Source: Myxococcales bacterium (GTDB taxonomy: Bacteria; Myxococcota_A; Polyangia; Polyangiales; DASUME01). From it: a DNA stretch of 64,000 bases. Of the stretch, positions 62,803 to 64,000 are shown in pieces. The translations under genes and the position numbers were made by a program. The notes under the pieces are model-generated. The model was not told where the DNA came from. It searched no databases and worked only from the letters and a program-made list of their open reading frames with translations. The stretch's first letter is position 1. Each line of letters starts with the position of its first letter. The stretch lies in NCBI GenBank assembly GCA_047601445.1, contig JASGJH010000001.1, positions 1,024,001 through 1,088,000 on the forward strand, given 5' to 3'.

Positions 62803-64000
62803 TCAACTGCGCGCGGCCAGGAAGTTTCCGTGGAACCCGAGCGGCAAGCACGCATCGACGTGGGCCCGCGCCACGGGCTCGAGCGTGGTCGCGTCGAGCA
62901 CGGCCAAGGTTGCGCGCTCCTGTTCAGCATGGCTTCCCAGACACAGGATGACTCCGTCATCGCTGCGTGTGGCGCCGGGGCGCGCCACGAACAGCGGCTC
63001 CCCGTAGGTGACGTGAGGCTCGGTGAAGGTCGCGACCTCGCCGCGACCGATCTCTACGCGCACCACTTCGCTGTCGACGTCGCTCTGCGCTCCCTGTGCC
63101 AGGCGCGTGCCCCAGATGGACGAGTAGGCGTGGCCATTGTCCGTTCGATACGCGATGCTCGGAAACTCGAAGCCCTGCTGCGACAACGGCTCGAGCTCCA
63201 CGTCGCGGCGCCCGGGCTTGAGACGGGCGCGCACGAAGCGCGGCGCGATGGCGGGGACGGACCGGTCCAGCGACTCGGTCTTCAGCAGCTGCACGATGTC
63301 CGGATTGTCGTAGGCCACGAAGTCGAGCACCACGTCGTCGCCGTCGTCGAAGCAGTTGGCGGTATGGAAGCAGAAGAGCGGTTCAGTGTGGTACGCGGAC
63401 CAGCGCCCGCTCGCGCGGTCCAGCTTCCACAGCTTGGTGCCGCGGGAGGGCTCCCATTCGAACGGATCGATGAAGGCCCGGTTGCTGAACAGGAGCTTCA
63501 GCGGGTTCACCTTGTACGGATGATCGATGATGACCGCGTGACGCGGTGAGAGCCCGAACGAGTGCAGGTAGGGCACGCGCTTGAACACCAGCTCCCCTTC
63601 GACCTTGCGCGTACGACTGTCGCTCGCCTGGCTGTACACGCGCAGGACGTTCTTCGGGCCGAAACTGCTCGCGACGTTGACCAGAGCCTTGCGCCCGAAG
63701 TCGAAGTGCGGGTGCGCCGAGAGCGTGGCCACCGGCAACTTGTCCTCGTAGCGATAGAGCCCGCGCGTGGCCAACGATTGACCATCGATGAGGTGCTGGT
63801 GAGGACTCTCGGTCATGGCGAGCCAGGCGCCCTGCCAGGGCACCACGTTCACGTTGGCATTGTCGGTGATCTGGGCGATCGGCTTGATCACGCGCTGCCA
63901 CCATGAGCGCCGGGTGGGCGTGCTGAAGCTCGCCACCTGGAAGCGCTCGCCCTGGGCATCGCGCAGGGCTTCCGACGCGAGCAGACGCTGCTTGAAGGAC
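62803..64000 (-). CDS. Carotenoid oxygenase (RPE65-family), 5' part beyond the window edge
   Basis: DNANVNV; four His ligands in SAHPH, YLHSFG, FHTAN and GFHGNF; YGEPLFV; frame open to 64000. Confidence 0.9.
   Translation of the reverse strand, partial: SFKQRLLASEALRDAQGERFQVASFSTPTRRSWWQRVIKPIAQITDNANVNVVPWQGAWLAMTESPHQHLIDGQSLATRGLYRYEDKLPVATLSAHPHFDFGRKALVNVASSFGPKNVLRVYSQASDSRTRKVEGELVFKRVPYLHSFGLSPRHAVIIDHPYKVNPLKLLFSNRAFIDPFEWEPSRGTKLWKLDRASGRWSAYHTEPLFCFHTANCFDDGDDVVLDFVAYDNPDIVQLLKTESLDRSVPAIAPRFVRARLKPGRRDVELEPLSQQGFEFPSIAYRTDNGHAYSSIWGTRLAQGAQSDVDSEVVRVEIGRGEVATFTEPHVTYGEPLFVARPGATRSDDGVILCLGSHAEQERATLAVLDATTLEPVARAHVDACLPLGFHGNFLAARS

Overview
GC-rich chromosomal window whose gene content points to a myxobacterium, probably Polyangia-like: mglBA, a TIGR04551-type outer-membrane protein, a large S41 protease, Pro-rich Hanks kinases and a Cys/Asp-repeat surface protein. 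Most of it is core genome: comEC, an isc Fe-S operon (iscS-iscU-iscA-hscB-hscA-fdx), tRNA-Arg(CCG), panBC, ino1, ftsEX-envC, mglBA, sppA, tig-clpP-clpX, rnj, radA, yicC-gmk, cca, comEA and yfgM/bamB-like genes. I found no mobile element, prophage or CRISPR array. The main observations are: (1) the isc operon is headed by a MerR-family regulator with a 5-Cys tail instead of an IscR, and its promoter has MerR architecture (19-bp spacer containing a 10-bp-arm dyad); (2) an unlisted 38-42 aa Lys/Arg-rich ORF sits with tRNA-Arg in a promoter-to-terminator unit; (3) clpX and the S41 protease are each broken by one extra base in the same 8-nt context; (4) there is a 27-bp tandem repeat related in fold to a hairpin in the isc operon; (5) mglBA is co-oriented with a GH113-like gene and ftsEX-envC, and a second, extended MglA-like GTPase lies nearby. 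All calls come from motif recognition by eye. No database searches were run, and start codons are best estimates.
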